From Phaeosaccion multiseriatum (Eukaryota; Protista; Ochrophyta, other classes): a DNA stretch of 64,000 nt. Location of the stretch: the NCBI GenBank assembly GCA_965112735.1, contig OZ218954.1, positions 434,001-498,000 on the forward strand, read 5' to 3'. The notes under the pieces were generated by a model. The model had not been told where the DNA came from. It ran no database searches and saw nothing but the letters and a program-made list of their open reading frames with translations. Positions 1-54,973 of this stretch are shown in pieces. Position 1 is the stretch's first letter. Every line of letters starts with the position of its first letter. The position numbers and the translations under genes were made by a program.

Positions 1-155
1 CTCCCTCCCTCCCTCCCTCCCTCCCTCCCTCCCTCCCTCCCTTCCTCCCTCCCTCCCTCCCTCCCTCCCTCCCTCCCTCCCTCCCTCCCTCCCTCCCTCC
101 CTCCCTCCCTCCCTCCCTCCCTCCCTCCCTCCCTCCCTCCCTCCCTCCCTCCCTC
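1..155 (+). repeat. (CCCT)n intronic microsatellite, the dominant repeat of the window (also ~6245, 9280, 14875, 19420, 20048, 26385, 30490, 34200, 43255, 45120, 53700)
   Basis: Direct reading. Confidence 0.95.
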
Positions 156-228
156 GCTCTGTCCCTCCCTCTCTCCCTCCCTCCATCCATCCATCCTTCC
201 CCTCCCCTCCCTCCCACCTAACTCACAG

Positions 229-23110
<22,882 letters not shown>

Positions 23111-23937
23111 TTAAAGGTCGCTGAGGCTGGATTCATCGATGTGTTCGATACTGACTAAGGTCCAATGGGGATGAATACATTGATACACACGTAGAGCAGC
23201 AGAGCTACAAGGGGGACAATGAGAAGCTCAGGACAAGATAAGATAAGACAAGATACGATAGATAAGAGAAGATAAGATAAGCTAAGTAAGCAGGAGGCAG
23301 CTCACTAAACGAGCCTTAACCGTGGCGCCCGTTTCGTTTCGCCGGAGGTAGAACTTTCTTTTCACAGATGGCATGTTCCCGCCCTTTCCTTATCCTCGAA
23401 CAAGCAGACATGGGGCAAGCCAGCAGCACCGCCAGCAACGATGTACCTCTCGCAGTACCAACCGAGTGCTGCTGGACTAAGTAACACCTCTCGAATCAGC
23501 AGCAGCCCCACTCTCATATGGCAACCTGTGAATATATTCATGTACATGCACTACGAAGTACCCAACAGGGACAGCGCTTGGCCGACAAGGTTTGCCTTCC
23601 GTACAAAGGGCTCTCATTGCACACCTCCCTCAAACTCAAACTGGTGTATCCCCACCTCACTCAAACTCAAACTGGTGTATCCCTGTAAGCTGCTGTTGAT
23701 GGATGTAAGTCCTTCGTCAATGGTCTCCATCGACTTTTGTGAAACTCAAACTACAGGGGCATGGACTTGGCACTCAAACTACAGGGGCATGGACTTGACG
23801 CTGCCAAAGCCCCCCCCCCCCCCCCCGCCTCCAGTCTAATATCGACATCGAAAATCGATACATCGACCCCATCGACATACTGGCTGGTCCATGACCCTGA
23901 ACCTCAAACTAGAGGGCTACATAGACTGAAACGCAAA

Positions 23938-41620
<17,683 letters not shown>

Positions 41621-41820
41621 GGCTATGGCCCGATACTTCGAGCTTGCAAGCGCCACGTCGCTTCTCTCCTTTGTCCTTCCCCACGCGCCTACTATTCGCC
41701 CTTTTGCCCCATTAGCATCCCTCCCTTTTTTGGGAAGGCTGCAGTCTGTTACACGTCGTCGCCAAGTTGTCTGGATTCGACTTCGCGGTTACAGAGGCGG
41801 AGTGCCAAATAGTTTTGTAG
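41621..41820. promoter_or_regulatory. Short bidirectional promoter region between CFAP74 and gene 3
   Basis: Divergent ATGs at 41620 (-) and 41821 (+), 200 bp apart; region free of microsatellites. Confidence 0.6.
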
Positions 41821-42811
41821 ATGGCTTCTGATGAGGAGGCAGGAGGGGGGGCTGATCCGGCGAGAGAAGCAGGAGATGCTGCAGCGGACACTGGGGGCAG
41901 CAAGCCCACCAGCACGAGCGAAGAAGCGAAGGGGAGAGACGACCTCCCACGAGCAGGAGGAGCGGGAAAGCCATCCCTGGGGGAGATCAGCATGCACCAA
42001 GGGGGGCCTATGGACCCACCACCAGTAGCAGCAGAAGCGGCAGCAGAAGCAGGGAGAGGGAAGCAGCGAGAGGCCATCAGTATGCATGATGGGGGCGCGA
42101 TGGGCCCACTACCATCAGACGAGGAGGAGGAGAAGCTCCGCTGGGAGAAGGAAGAAGAAGAGGAAATACCGGGTTTCCCTCCATCAGCAACCGAGGAGGT
42201 GAGGAAGGGAGGGAGAGTTGGAGACATGGAGGAAGGGAGGGAAGATCAAAGGACGAAGGAGGTGCTTCTACTGCTGTTTATTTTCCCCTTCATCTCTGCC
42301 TTTCTCCTTTTCCCATTCTTTTTTTCAGACCTTGTATTGACTAGAATCCTTCCTCCGTCACCCCTCCCCCTCTTCTCGCCTCTATCAAACCACGGAGCCA
42401 GCAACCTGGTCCCTTCCTTCCTTCCTTCCTTCCTTCCTCCCTACTTCCCTTCCTCCCTTCCTCCCTTCCTCCCTCCTTCCCTACCTCCCTCCCTCCCTCC
42501 CTCCCTCCCTCCCTCCCTCCCTCCCTCCCTCCCTCCCTCCCTCCCTTCCTCCCTTCCTCCCTTCCTATCTTATCTTACTCTCTTGCCCCCCTCCCCTCCC
42601 CCCTCCTCCTCTTCCAACCAATCGGACAGCAAGGAAATGACCCACCTATCATCAGTACTCCCATCTGCTGCCATCTTCCCTCACCCCCCCTCCCGCATGC
42701 CATCGCCATACCAGCCACTCACTTATTGTAACCAAGCCACAACTGGCGGGCACGTCCACTGGTTTCACTACCCCAGCCACTACCCATGACCCTGACCCTC
42801 ACCCACAACTC

Positions 42812-42850
<39 letters not shown>

Positions 42851-45800
42851 CCTGACCCTCACCCTCACCCTCACCCTCACACCCTGACCCTGACCCTGAT
42901 CCCGACCCTGCCCACAGCTTGAGCAAAAAGAGGGGGAGGAGGAGCCCCCGCGACGGTCCCTCACCACCGACATGTCAGAGCACCTTCAGTCCATCAGCAG
43001 GTAAGTGTGGGTGCGTGCGTGTGGGGGCGTGCGTGTGGGTGCGTGCGCGGGTGGGGTATCATACGTTCGGGGGGATTCCTGGTTGTCCCGTACTTTTGGG
43101 AGGTAGGGCTTGCCTACATGTGTATCTATCTCACCAACGTGTGTGGGTGTGTGTGTCCGTGCGTGTGTGTGAGTGTGTGTGTGTGTGCTGTGCGTGTGTA
43201 AAGGTCAATCACCGTCAAGGTGCCTCTAACCCCTCTGTTCCCCCCCCCCCTCTCCCTCCCTCCCTCCCTCCCTCCCTCCCTCCCTCCCTCCCTCCCTCCC
43301 TCCCTCCCTCCCTCCCTCCCTCCCTCCCTCCCTCCCTCCCTCCCTCCCTCCCTCCCTCCCTCCCTCCCTCCCTCCCTCCCTCCCTCCCTCCCTCCCTCCC
43401 TCCCTCCCTCCCTCCCTCCCTCCCTCCCTCCCTCCCTCCCTCCCTCCCGCCCTCCCTCCCTCCCTCCCTCCCTCCCTCCCTCTCGTCGTCCCTGCCGACA
43501 GGGGCGGAGAGCTGATGAATGAGATGATGAGTGGTCTCTGTGGAGGGCTTGATCAATTGGGGACGAAGGTAGACTCTACCACCAAGAACCTCACTTCTAG
43601 GTGAGAGTTTTAGTTTGAGAGTCTGAGTTTGTGAGTTCAACTATAAGATGCGCTTGAGCATGAGTCTATTAGCCTTCCCTTCCCCTCCCTCCTGCGTCCT
43701 TCCTTCCTGCCTCCCTCTCTCCCTCTGCCCCTCCCTCCTCCCTCCCTCCCTCTCTCTCTCTCCCTGTCTTCCTTTCTGCTATCGTGGCCGCTACCCGCGT
43801 TCATCAGTCCCGTTCGTTCGTTGGCTTACTCGACGCCCCCATTCCCATCAACTGCCATCCCCCGCCCATAGAGTGACCAAGCTGGAAACCCAAGTGAGCT
43901 CCGTGGCCCAGCAGGTATGTCAACAAAAGGTGACTTGTCTGTATGTCATTGAAGATGCGTATGCCAGTGAAGAAGAATACGGCAGCCAAAAGGGTATTTT
44001 GTATTGAATGTGTCAGCGAAAAACAGAGAGCCTCCCTCGGCCCTTTCATTGCCTCATCCCATCATCCCATCCACTGCCATCCATCCTCCCATCCACCCCC
44101 ACCTCTCTTACTCCCATCCCATCCACCTCTACTCTCTTACTCCCATCCCATCCACCTCTACTCTCTTCCTCCCATCCCATCCACCCCTACTCTCTTACTC
44201 ACATCCCATCCACCCACAAACTCCACCCACCCACACGCCCACCCACTTACAAACTACAGCCACGTGCTCACGCACCCACCCACCCACCCTCCCCCCATAA
44301 TGCCCTTTCATTGACATACCCTATACCCAGGTGCGGTCTCTGACCCAGAACCAAGAGGAGATGCGTGCCCTGCTGGAAGGGTCGCTGCTGAACTTGGACA
44401 AGAAGTTGCAGGAGAGCGCCGAGAAGCTTCAGAGGGAGGCAGCCAAGGCACAGCACAAGCTGCAGAAGGGGTTGGATGAGCAGGCCAAGCAGGTGTGTGG
44501 GGGTGTGCGGTGGTGTGAGGGTGTGCGTTTGTGTGTGTGTGTGTGTGTGTGGTTGAGAGTTGCCCATTCGGAAATACACTCACAAATGGCTCCTGATACT
44601 CACTCCCCACGGGTGTACACAATGAGAAGCATGTGAGAGGTACATGAGAGGCACACGCACACACGCTCAGAACAACTGGCACAAACTGAACAACCAACAG
44701 GTGACGACCAACACGGAGGACCTGCGCATGCTCTGTGACAGTTTCAATACCCTGGAGCGGTCCCACGGGGCCCTCAAACACCAGGTGGGTTACTATGTCC
44801 ATGAAAGGGAGATGTATGTCAATGATTTGGGATAGTATTGACGTTCATTGACTTACGCTGTACACATCACAGGTGGGAGAGGAGGGCGAGCGGGTGCGAG
44901 AGCAGATGGATAGCCAACAGCTGACGACGGAGGGGCTCACAGAGAGAGCCGACCAGCAGGAGCAGGTACGCCAGCTGGGAGCGAGGGAGGGAGGGAGGGA
45001 GGGAGGGAGGAGACTTGTTGATCCCTATCAAGGTCGAGTTTATCGATTCTTACACGTGCTCCAGTATGCTCACTGGAATTAAAACTCCCTTCCCAACGCA
45101 TCACACGTGCTCTCTTTCTCCCTCCCTCCCTCCCTCCCTCTCTCCCCTCTCTCCCTCCCTCCCTCCCTCCCTCCCTCCCTCTCTCCCTCTCTCTTTCCCT
45201 CCCTTCCTCCCTCCCTCCCTCCCTCCCTCCCTCTCTCCCTCTCTCTTTCCCTCCCTTCCTCCTTCCCTCCCTCCCTCCCTCCCTCCCTCCTTCCCTCTCT
45301 CCCTCTCTCCCTCCCTCCCTCCCTCCCTCCCTCTCTCCCCTCTCTCCCTCCCTCCCTCCCTCCCTCCCTCTCTCCCTCTCTCTTTGCCTCCCTTCCTCCC
45401 TCCCTCCCTCCCTCCCTCTCTCCCTCTCTCTTTCCCTCCCTTCCTCCTTCCCTCCCTCCCTCCCTCCCTCCCTCCCTCCTTCCCACCCTCCCTCCCTCCC
45501 TCCCTCCCTCCTTCCCTCTCTCCCTCCCTCCCTCCCTCCCTCCCTCCCTCCCTCCCTTCCTCCCTCCCTTCCTCCCTCCCTCCCTCCCTCCCTCCCTCCC
45601 TCCCTCCCTCCCTCCCTCCCTCCCTCCCTCCCTCCCTCCCTCCCTCCCTCCCTCCCTCCCTCCCCTCCTCGCCTCTGTCGCGGCTACACTTACTGCTTGA
45701 CCGATCGCCTCAGGCCGTTACCAGCTGCACAGACCTGACGGAGAAATTGGAGGAGGACATGGGAACGGTGAGTTTGAGTTTCAGTTTGAGTTTTGAGTGA

Positions 45801-48338
45801 TTCTTACCCCATGAGTGGTGAACGTGAGCGGTTGGTACTCTGGCCATTCGTGACCCCGTTCCGCTGCCTTCACCCGCTGCCCTGACTGGCTGCTGTATCA
45901 CCTCCAACTGCCACCTTACGTAATCTTATGTGTGTTACGTATGTTGTTACGTTTCCTTATTATCGTAGCTGCGTGAGGACCTCTCCGGAATGAGCAGCGT
46001 TGTGGCGGACTTCCAACAGGTCAGTTTCATACGGTTTCATACGGTTTCATACGGTTTTAGTTTTTGTGGAGTTCGCAATCAGTGACCAATATCGATGGAG
46101 ACATCGATCTGAATTCGAGGCCAATGTTCCTGTCGAAAATTGCCTACCGACAGGTTGTCGACGTCGTGAAGAACGAGGTGTGCAACGTGGCGGAGCGTGT
46201 GGGGGAGCAGGACAAGCAGGTGAGTGAGTGAGTGAGTGAGTGAGTGAGTGAGTGAGTGAGTGAGTGAGTGAGTGAGTGAGTGAGTGAGTGAGTGAGTGAG
46301 TGAGTGAGTGAGTGAGTGAGTGAGTGAGTGAGTGAGTGAGTGAGTGAGTGAGTGAGTGAGTGAGTATGTGAGTGAGTGAGTGAGTGAGTGAATGAGTGAG
46401 TGTGTGAGTGAGTGAGCAAGTGAATGAGTGAGTGAGTGAGTGAGTGAGTGTGTGAGTGAGTGAGTGAGTGAGTGAGTGAGTGAGTGAGAGAGAGAGTGAG
46501 TGAGTGAGTGAGTGAGTGAGTGAGTGAGTGAGTGAGTGAGTGAGTGAGTGAGTGAGTGAGTGAGTGATTGAGCGAGCGAGTGAGTGAGAGAGTGTGTGAG
46601 TGAGTGAGTGAGTGAGGGAGTGAGCGAGCGAGAGAGGGAGGGAGCAAGATTGAGACATACGTACCTAAGGGAAAGAGGAGGGAGGGAGGGAGATTGAGAC
46701 ATGCATGCTCTTCCCACTTCAATCTTACCGTACCTACTTGCCTACTTACACACCTTTCTTTCCTTCCTACTTACGTACCTACTTACGTATCTATTACGCC
46801 TTCATCACCAGCGGAGTGAAGCGGAGCAGCGCAGCCATGCACTGGGCAGAAGGCTCAGCAGCCTCAGCGGTCGATTCAATGACTCACAGATGCCGCCGGA
46901 GGAGCCCGAGGAGCCCGAGGAGGAGGCTTTTGCCCCGGAGACTGAGGACGAACGACGCGCACGACTCCTTCACACTTGCACTCGTCTCACTATCAATGTT
47001 GCTGCGGATGTGAAACGGGCGCTTGAAGACTCACAGCAAGGCCATGCTCTGGAGGGGGGAGGGCTCCATTCCGAGGAGGGCGGCTCTGGCACTGGCTCCG
47101 GCGGCCATGAAACCGTTGAAACCGTTGAAACCGTTCCGACCTTGGCTGCTCTTCGACGTTTGGATGCGCTCCTCGACACGGCTGTCCCGCTCTGTATGCG
47201 TACGGACAGTGCGACCACGAGGAGGATGTCCGCAGCAGTTGGTGATACAGCAGCGGATGCAGCAGTTGGTGATACAGACAAGAGCCCCAACCAACAGGAG
47301 CAGCAGACGGAGGAGGAGAACGAGTGTATCAAGAAACTCACCGCCATCATGAAGGCCGTTACTGTACAGACGGAAACCATCCGACGGTTACAGGAAGTAG
47401 AAACCGAGCAAGAGGAGGAGGATAGCAGTGGAAGGGACGACAACGAGAGGGACACGGGGTCGGGATCAGGGTCAGGGTCTCCGCGCCGACATGGATCCTC
47501 TTCGCTGCTCGGTCTTCGGTGTCAGGACGGCAGGCAGGAGCTTCTTCCCCGCCTGGACGGGCTGCAGGAGGCGGCTTGCGACTTTTTGAGGTGCGTTTCA
47601 GTTTTGCTTTGGGGAGGAGTAAGGGCCCGCGACTGTGGTCATACCGAAAGCGGTACGCTACCTGCCTACCTACCTCCCTCCCTCCCTCCCTCCCTCCCTC
47701 CCTCCCTCCCTCCCTCCCTCCCTCACTCACTCACTCACTCACTCACTCACTCACTCACCCAATCCTTGCTTGTCGGGCTCTTTCTTCTTCTTATCCTTCC
47801 TTCCACTCCATTCCTCTCTCCCTCCCTCCCTCCCTCCCTCCCTCCCTCTCTCCCTCCCTCCCTCCCTCCCTCCCTCCCAGTGACTACCTGAATACAGCGT
47901 CGCTTAGCGTGCAGCTGACAACAGTCGAGGAGAGCCTGCGGCAGAAGAGCGAGCAGGACGTCCGACGCCTGAGCAGCAAGATACACAAGGTGTGTGCGTA
48001 CGTGTGTGTGTGTAAAAATCTCTACGTTAGGGGTGGTTAGCTTTGGTGGCTCTATTTTAGGGGTGTGTAGGTGTGAGCGGCAAGATACACAAGGTGTGTG
48101 CGTACGTGTGTGTGTGTGTAAAAGTCTCTACATTAGGGGTGGTTAGCTTTGGTGGCTCTATTTTAGGGGTGTATGGGTGTGAGCGGCAAGATACACAAGG
48201 TGTGTGTGTGTGTGCGCGAATGTGTGTGTGTGTGTGTGTGTGTGTAAAAGTCTCTACATTTGGGGTGATTCGCTTTGGTGGCTCTACTTTAGGGGTGATT
48301 GGGGTGTGTGGGTGTGGGTGTGGGTGGGTGGGTGCGGA

Positions 48339-48375
<37 letters not shown>

Positions 48376-49263
48376 TGGTCTCTACATTAACTCTGTCTTC
48401 GGTACTTTTCCTCTCCGTTAAGGGTACTATACCTCCTTGTCTGTGTGTGCGCGTCTGTGCTGTGATACCCACCCACCCTCTGTCCTGACACCCACTGACC
48501 CTCTGTCCTGACACCCACCCACCCACTGTCCTGACACATACAGCTGCAAGAGCGCCTACTGGACAGTGAAGAAGCGATGCATCGGGCGGGCCAAGGGCGG
48601 AATCACACAAACAACCCAGACCCTGCGTACGTACTACTTATGTAATACTTATGTAACACCCGTGTACCGACATACAAGTAGCCTATCGACACTTACGTAG
48701 GATACTCACGTACTATATTCTCATAGCTCAAGGATAGCCTACCCTACCCTACCCTACCCTACCCTACCCCATCTTCCCTAATCAACCAACTCAACCAACC
48801 AATCAACCAACCAACCAACCAACCCCCTCCCCCTCCGCTGCCGTTCCTCCGTCGTTTCCTCCCTGCCCCCCTTCCCGGTCCATCCATCCACTGCCATCCA
48901 TCCACCGCCACTCATCCTTGCAGCCCGATCTACTTGGGAAGTAAGGCGGACTATGCGTGGGTGCTGCAGGTTCGTTGACATATGCGTATCGATGGGGGCT
49001 ATCTATCGTTGACATATGAGTATCGATGGGGGCAATCTATCTATGCCCATGTCTATTATGTCGAATCGGTGTCGTTAAACCCCCAAACTCAACCTCACAT
49101 TGGATCTGAACTCTCTATCGTATCACCAACTGCTGCACAGGAGAATGAGAAGCTGTGGACAGAGGTGGAGAGGCTTGGAGTGGCGTGTGGAGATCGCGAC
49201 TATGAAGCAACCGTGGTATGTCCTGACACCGACCATCCTGACACACACACACACATACACACA

Positions 49264-49310
<47 letters not shown>

Positions 49311-52300
49311 CTTCCCCATCCCCCCACCTCTCTGTCCTGACACGCTTCTTCTGCTCTGACACCCACCCTCTGTCCTGACACCCACCCACCCACTGTCCTG
49401 ACACCCACCCACGGTCCTGACACCCACCCACCCTCTGTCCTGACACCACCCACCCACGGTCCTGACACCCACCCACCCCCCGTGTCTGACATCCCTCCGC
49501 GCAGGTGGCGGCGGAGGCGAGAAGGGCTCTCAACGCGCTGAACGAAGAGGTGAGGAGTGGGTGTCCGGACAGTGGGTGGGTGAATGTCAACTCAAGATAG
49601 GAATGGGTGGGTGTCAGGACAAAGAGTGGGTGGGTGTCAGGACAAAGAATGGGTGAGTGTCGGGACAAAGAGTGGGTGGGTGTCGGGACAGAGGGTGGGT
49701 GAGTGTGATGACAAAGTGATTGTGTGTCAGGACAAAGAATGGGTGGGTGTTGGGACAGAGGGTGGGTGAGTGTGATGACAAAGTGATTGTGTGTCAGGAC
49801 AAAGGCCCCGCCTTTCTTTTGCCATCTTCCTCCTTTGCCCTCTTACGTACCAAATGTCCTGACACCCAACACTGACCACTCACTGTCCTGACACCTAAAA
49901 CACTGACTGTCCTGACACCCAGCACTGGCCACTCACTGTCCTGACACTTCAAACACTGACGACTCACTGTCCTGACAACCATTGCTGCAGGCTATGGCAG
50001 CGGAGCGTCGTGCTCGAGGAATGTCTCACTCTCTGCCGTCCCCTCCTCTCGAGCTTGACCACGGGGAGAATCGAGATAGTCGACGTCGTCGTCGAAGCAC
50101 CAATCCGCAAACAACAGATGACGACTGCTCGGAGGACTCACAGTTGTCGGAAGAGGAAGGGGAAGGAGAGGGGCGCAAGAAGAGAAGGCGGGGTTCGAGG
50201 GGGGATGGCAGTGGAAGGCGGAGGAGTGGAAAGCACCAGGTGGGTGGGGTGGGGGGATGGCAGTGAATGACAGTGGGATGGGTGTCGTCGGTGGGTGGTA
50301 AAGAGGAGAGGAGAGAGGGGATCCTTTTGGCTTGCTTGTTACTTGTTTTGGCTTGCTTGCTACTTGTCTTGGCTTGTTTGCTACTTGTCTTGGGGTTTGC
50401 TTGCTTGCTTGCCATGCAACCAACCACCTTGTTGAGTCACTGTTGAGTCACTGTCGATTGGAACTTTCTTTCTACATCATTCCATCCTATAGAGGGAAAG
50501 GATGTGGGCACATCGGTAGCTGCTTCAGCCTCTCTTCTCCTCTCCTCTCCTCTAACCATCCCCTCCTCTCCTCCGCCCCCTCTCCTTCCTCCTTTCCCCT
50601 CCCCCTCCCTTGCCCTCCCCCTCCTCCTCCTCCCCCTCTCCTTCATTTCCCCTCCCCTCCCCTCCCCTCCCCTCCCCTCCCCTCCCCTCCCCTCCCCTCC
50701 CCTCCCCTCCCCTCCCCTCCCCTCCCCTCCCCTCCCCTCCCCTCCCCTCCCCTCCCCTCCCCTCCCCTCCCCTCCCCTCCCCTCCTCCTCCTCTCCTTCC
50801 TTTCCCCTCCCCCTCCCTTGCCCTCCACCTCCTCCTCCTCCCCCTCCCCTCCTCCTCCCCCTCTCCTTCATTTCCCCTCCCCTCCCCTCCCGTCCTCTCC
50901 CCTCCTCTCCCCTCCTCTTCATTTCCCCTTCCCGCACCCTCCCCTCCCCTCCCCTCCCCTCCCCTCCTTCACCGTACTCAAGCGCACACGTCCTTCCTCC
51001 TCCGGTGGAGTATACGTTTCCGACGACGACGACAACAACCTCGATGAGGGTGAAGGGGACGACGGAAACGACTCATCTCATCCCCGCCCTCCCCGACAGC
51101 GCAACCGCAGCGAATCACCAGTTGCTTCCTATGGCGTCCTCACAGGCAGCAACAACAACAACAACAACAACAACAATCATACCACCAACACCTCCAGCAG
51201 CAGCAGCGGCAGCAACAGCAACAGTGGGCGCCCCTCCTCCTCTGGATCCAAGAGGAAGAACGACAGTACCTCCCCTTGCCTGACGGTGGCGGCTTTGCAT
51301 AGGCCTTCATCAGGGACAAGTAGCGGCAGCAATGGTAGCCGACCCACATCTTCTCACTCCGATGGCGGCGGTGGGCGAGGGGGGGGGATGGTGGTAACCG
51401 ATGGGGAAGAAGAAGGTAGGGACACGCTGCCTGCTTTGCTGCCCCACACCGGCTCCCGTCGAGACCTGGCAACCTCGGGGGGTGGGAATCCCCTCAGCAC
51501 CAAGGTTCGAAACCCGTCTCTCGCTGGAGGATCACAAATGGGTCTGGATGTTGCACATGTGTACGAGAGGCTGAACGAGATGAGCGCGCAGCTAAGGAAG
51601 GTCCAGGGCGATATGGTGCCTCGGCCCGAGATTAAAGCCATGCTCAAGACCAAGCTCGACAAGGTGGGTGGATGGCAGTGGGTGGATGGTCGTGGATAGA
51701 TGGCAGTGGATCGATGGCAGTAGATGGATGGCAGTAGATGGATGGCAGTGGATGGATGGCAGTGGATGGATGGTCGTGGATGGATGGTCGTGGATGGATG
51801 GCAGTGGATGGAGGGCAGTGGATGGATGGTCGTGGATGGAGGGCAATGGATGGATGGCAGTGGATGGATGGCAGTGGATGGATGGCAGTGGATGGATGGC
51901 AGTGGATGGATGGTCGTGGATGGAGGGTAATGGATGGGCGGCAGTGGAAGCCCTCACTGCCCCATACGACTGGATTATAGGCAACCTTTCTTCTTTTCCT
52001 ACCTTGCTGCCTCACTGCCTCACTGCCTCACTGCCTCACTGCCTCACTGCCTCACGGCCTCACTGCCTCAGTCAACTTGCCCCACTCTCCTAGCATCCCT
52101 CATGAGAAGCAAATAAACCCCCAACCCTCATATCTATGACTGACTCTCTCCCACCCACCCGCCACCTATCCACCCACCCACACTATCTGTATCACCAAAT
52201 CCCTCCCCTCCACTCACAGAAGGATCTCCGCCGCCTCACCCAAATGCTCTCCAACGCCAATGCCTCTGGAGGCCTCCCTGGCGTTAACGGAGGCTCACAA

Positions 52301-54071
52301 GACGATATGGCCAACAGCGTCCTGGCGTCGAGGCTAAACAATGCACCGTTTCGCTGCCTCTCGTGCGATCGCCCCTTACCCGACGTGGGCAACAAGTCAA
52401 CGCTGAGCCACCTGGATTCGCTCTCCAAGGTAAGGGGTTAATGAATCGTTAATGGATCGTTAATGATACCCCATTTGGCCCATTACCTCCACACACACAC
52501 ACACACACCCGGGTATAAAACCGCCACCGTTAACCCGTCAACGTTAACCCGTCAACGTTAACCCATCAACAGGGCCGTCCTCGCACGGCGGAGGGCGGGG
52601 ACGGAGGCGGAGGACGTTGCCCCCATCACTCAAATGCCCTGCAGAGTCTCCCCGAAGGCGGCAATGGTCAGGGTCAGGGTCAGGGTCAGGGTCAGGGTCA
52701 GGGTCAGGGTCAGGGTCAGGGTCAGCTTCCCCGGGGGGTAACTGACAAGTTCCAGAGCCTCGACCTGGCGGCACAAGGCCTGGGCCTCAACAAGGGGGCG
52801 CGTGGAGGAGGAGGAGGAGGTAAAAGCATATCTCTTTGAGGTTCCTACTCAACAGAGACTGAAACAGAAATGGAACTGGAACCTGAAACTGCCCTTCCTT
52901 CCTTCCTTCCTTCCTTCCTTTCCTCTCTTTGCCCATTAACTGTCTACTGCCGATGCATGACCATCTCACCTCCTCCCTCCTTCTCTCTTCTTCTCTCCTC
53001 TCCTCTCCCCTCCCCCCTCCCCCCTCCCCCCTCCTCCTCCTCCTCCTCCTCCTCCTCCTCCTCCTCCTCCTCCTCCTCCTCCTCCTCCTCCTCCTCCTCC
53101 TCCTCCTCCTCCTCCTCCTCCTCCTCCTCCTCCTCCTCCTCCTCCTCCTCCTCCTCCTCCTCCTCCTCCTCCTCCTCCTCCTCCTCCTCCTCCTCCTCCT
53201 CCTCCTCCTCCTCCTCCTCCTCCTCCTCCTCCTCCTCCTCCTCCTCCTCCTCCTCCTCCTCCTCCTCCTCCTCCTCCTTCTCCTCCTCCTCCCCTCCTCC
53301 CTCTCCTTCCCCTCCTCGCTTACTCCCTCCTCTCCGCTGCGTATTACCAACTCACGAGGAACAGGGCACGGCTTCAATGGCAGCGGAGGAGGAGGTGACG
53401 CGGAAGACAACAGCAGTGAGGCGTTTTCTCTGGAGGACGGCCCTGCCCTAAGCAAGTACCCTCGAATGATGCCCCCGCCCAACAGGTGTGTCTGTAGGTT
53501 AGGGGTGATGATGCCTGCATGTCCCCGGTGGGTGGGGGGGAGGGGTTCAATTATGTCAGTGGAGGACGACTCTGCTCTAAGAAACGAACCCTCCACTCAC
53601 AGATACACACGCGTATGCAGTGCCTCCTACTAGTCGCAGTAATCAAGTCCTGCCTCACGAAAATCGCTTTCCCCTCCTCCTCTCCCTCCCTCCTCCCCCC
53701 CCTCCCTCCCTCCCTCCCTCCCTCCCTCTCTCCCTCCCTCCCTCCTTCCTTCCCTCCCTCCTTCCTTCCCTCCCTCCCTCCCTCCCTCCATCCCTCTCTC
53801 TCTCTCTCCCTCTCTCCCTCCCTCCCTCCCTCCCTCCCTCCCTCCCTCCCTCCCTCCCTCCCTCCCTCCCTCCCTCCCTCCCTCCCTCCCTCCCTCCCTC
53901 CCTCCCTCCCTCCCTTCCCCCTCCCTTCCCTCCCTCCCTCCCTCCCTCCCTTCTCCCCTCTCCTTCCCTCTCTCCCGCTCTCCCTCCCTCCCTCCCTTCA
54001 ATAGGATAAGAAGCGCTGCTGGAGGTGGCGGTGCCGGTCTCGCCGACAGGGGAAAGCTCCTGTCTCGATGA
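41821..54071 (+). CDS. Multi-exon coiled-coil protein with C-terminal [11 protein letters not shown] motif (QRICH2/C16orf96/DUF4795-like), possibly flagellar
   Basis: Exons include 41821-42198, ~42918-43000, 43502-43600, 43872-43914, 44331-44492, 44671-44784, 44873-44965, ~46812-47591, 49141-49215, 49991-50239, ~50983-51663, 52220-52429, and a terminal exon 54005-54071 (TGA). Heptad-rich segments, then MLKTKLDK|KDLRRL and [13 protein letters not shown]. Some middle exons are uncertain. Confidence 0.65.
46220..46625 (+). repeat. (GTGA)n microsatellite starting exactly at a GTGAGT splice donor
   Basis: Direct reading; related (CACT)n tracts at 33090-33200 and 58470-58610. Confidence 0.95.
49330..49980. 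repeat. Arrays of the TGTCCTGACAC(CC) motif in both orientations
   Basis: C-rich orientation 49330-49490 and 49855-49978, G-rich orientation 49610-49800; similar arrays at 6860-7040, 14200-14370, 16080-16150. Confidence 0.9.
51670..51950 (+). repeat. Tandem array of the GGATGGCAGT(GGAT) motif after a splice donor
   Basis: Direct reading; reverse-complement array at 20375-20582 lies before an acceptor. Confidence 0.9.
53030..53290 (+). repeat. (CCT)n microsatellite in intron
   Basis: Direct reading. Confidence 0.95.
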
Positions 54072-54973
54072 GAGAGAGGAGAGAGGGAGCAGGAGGGGGC
54101 GCCTCTCGACTGACTGGCCAAGTATTGTTATGTAGTTTGGAACGTGACGTTATGTAAGGGGGATGGGATGGCCGCCATCTGGCCTTGTTACAAAGGTAGG
54201 CAGCAGCGGATGGCACTCTAGGGTGCATCGGCGACGAAGAGGAGGAGACGTTATGCAACGTTTTGTAGTGTTATGTAACGTTATGTAGGGTGGATGGCAC
54301 TTGGGGTGCGACGGCGACGAAGAGGAGGAGACTCCGACGACGGTCACCACGCGGAGAGAGAGAAAGAGAGGGAGAGAGAGAGAGAGGTGCTGATTTTCTA
54401 ATTCTGTTTCTCATCCTCTTATCTTACCTCTTATACTTACCCCCTCTATTGCACTCTTTGTATGCATGTATTTGGATAGATAGATAGACAGATAAATGAC
54501 AACTCAACGGCCCATCTATCTGTAACGATGACCTCCTCTATCCTCTATTGCACTCTTACGTACGAAGTGTGTGTTTATATAAGATAGATGACAACTCAGC
54601 GGCATCTATATGTGACGTGCGGCAAGGTAGACAGACAGGTGGATCTGGCTGTAAACCTGCTCCTCAGATGGCGACAGGTGGATACATAAAAGACAACCAA
54701 TTCCTCTGTCTACAGATGGACAAACAGACAACCAACTGCTCTACAGGAAGACAGATGGATACACATAGACAACCAACCCCCCAGGGTGGCCTACTCTTCT
54801 TCTCTCTGTCTACTCCCTACCACTCCCTAGGTGGACAGACCAGACTACCAACCCCTCGACCTACAGATGGATAGATTGGATAACCAACTCCCCCTCCTGA
54901 TAGACCAGACAACAAGACAACCAACCCGTCTACCTACAGATGGATCGACAGGATATATAACCAACTGCTCTAT

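Noticed and set aside
23160-23937. Possible small gene between the two convergent stops
   Set aside because: ORFs have no recognisable protein features; AGATA and AAACTC repeats fit 3' UTR/intergenic sequence
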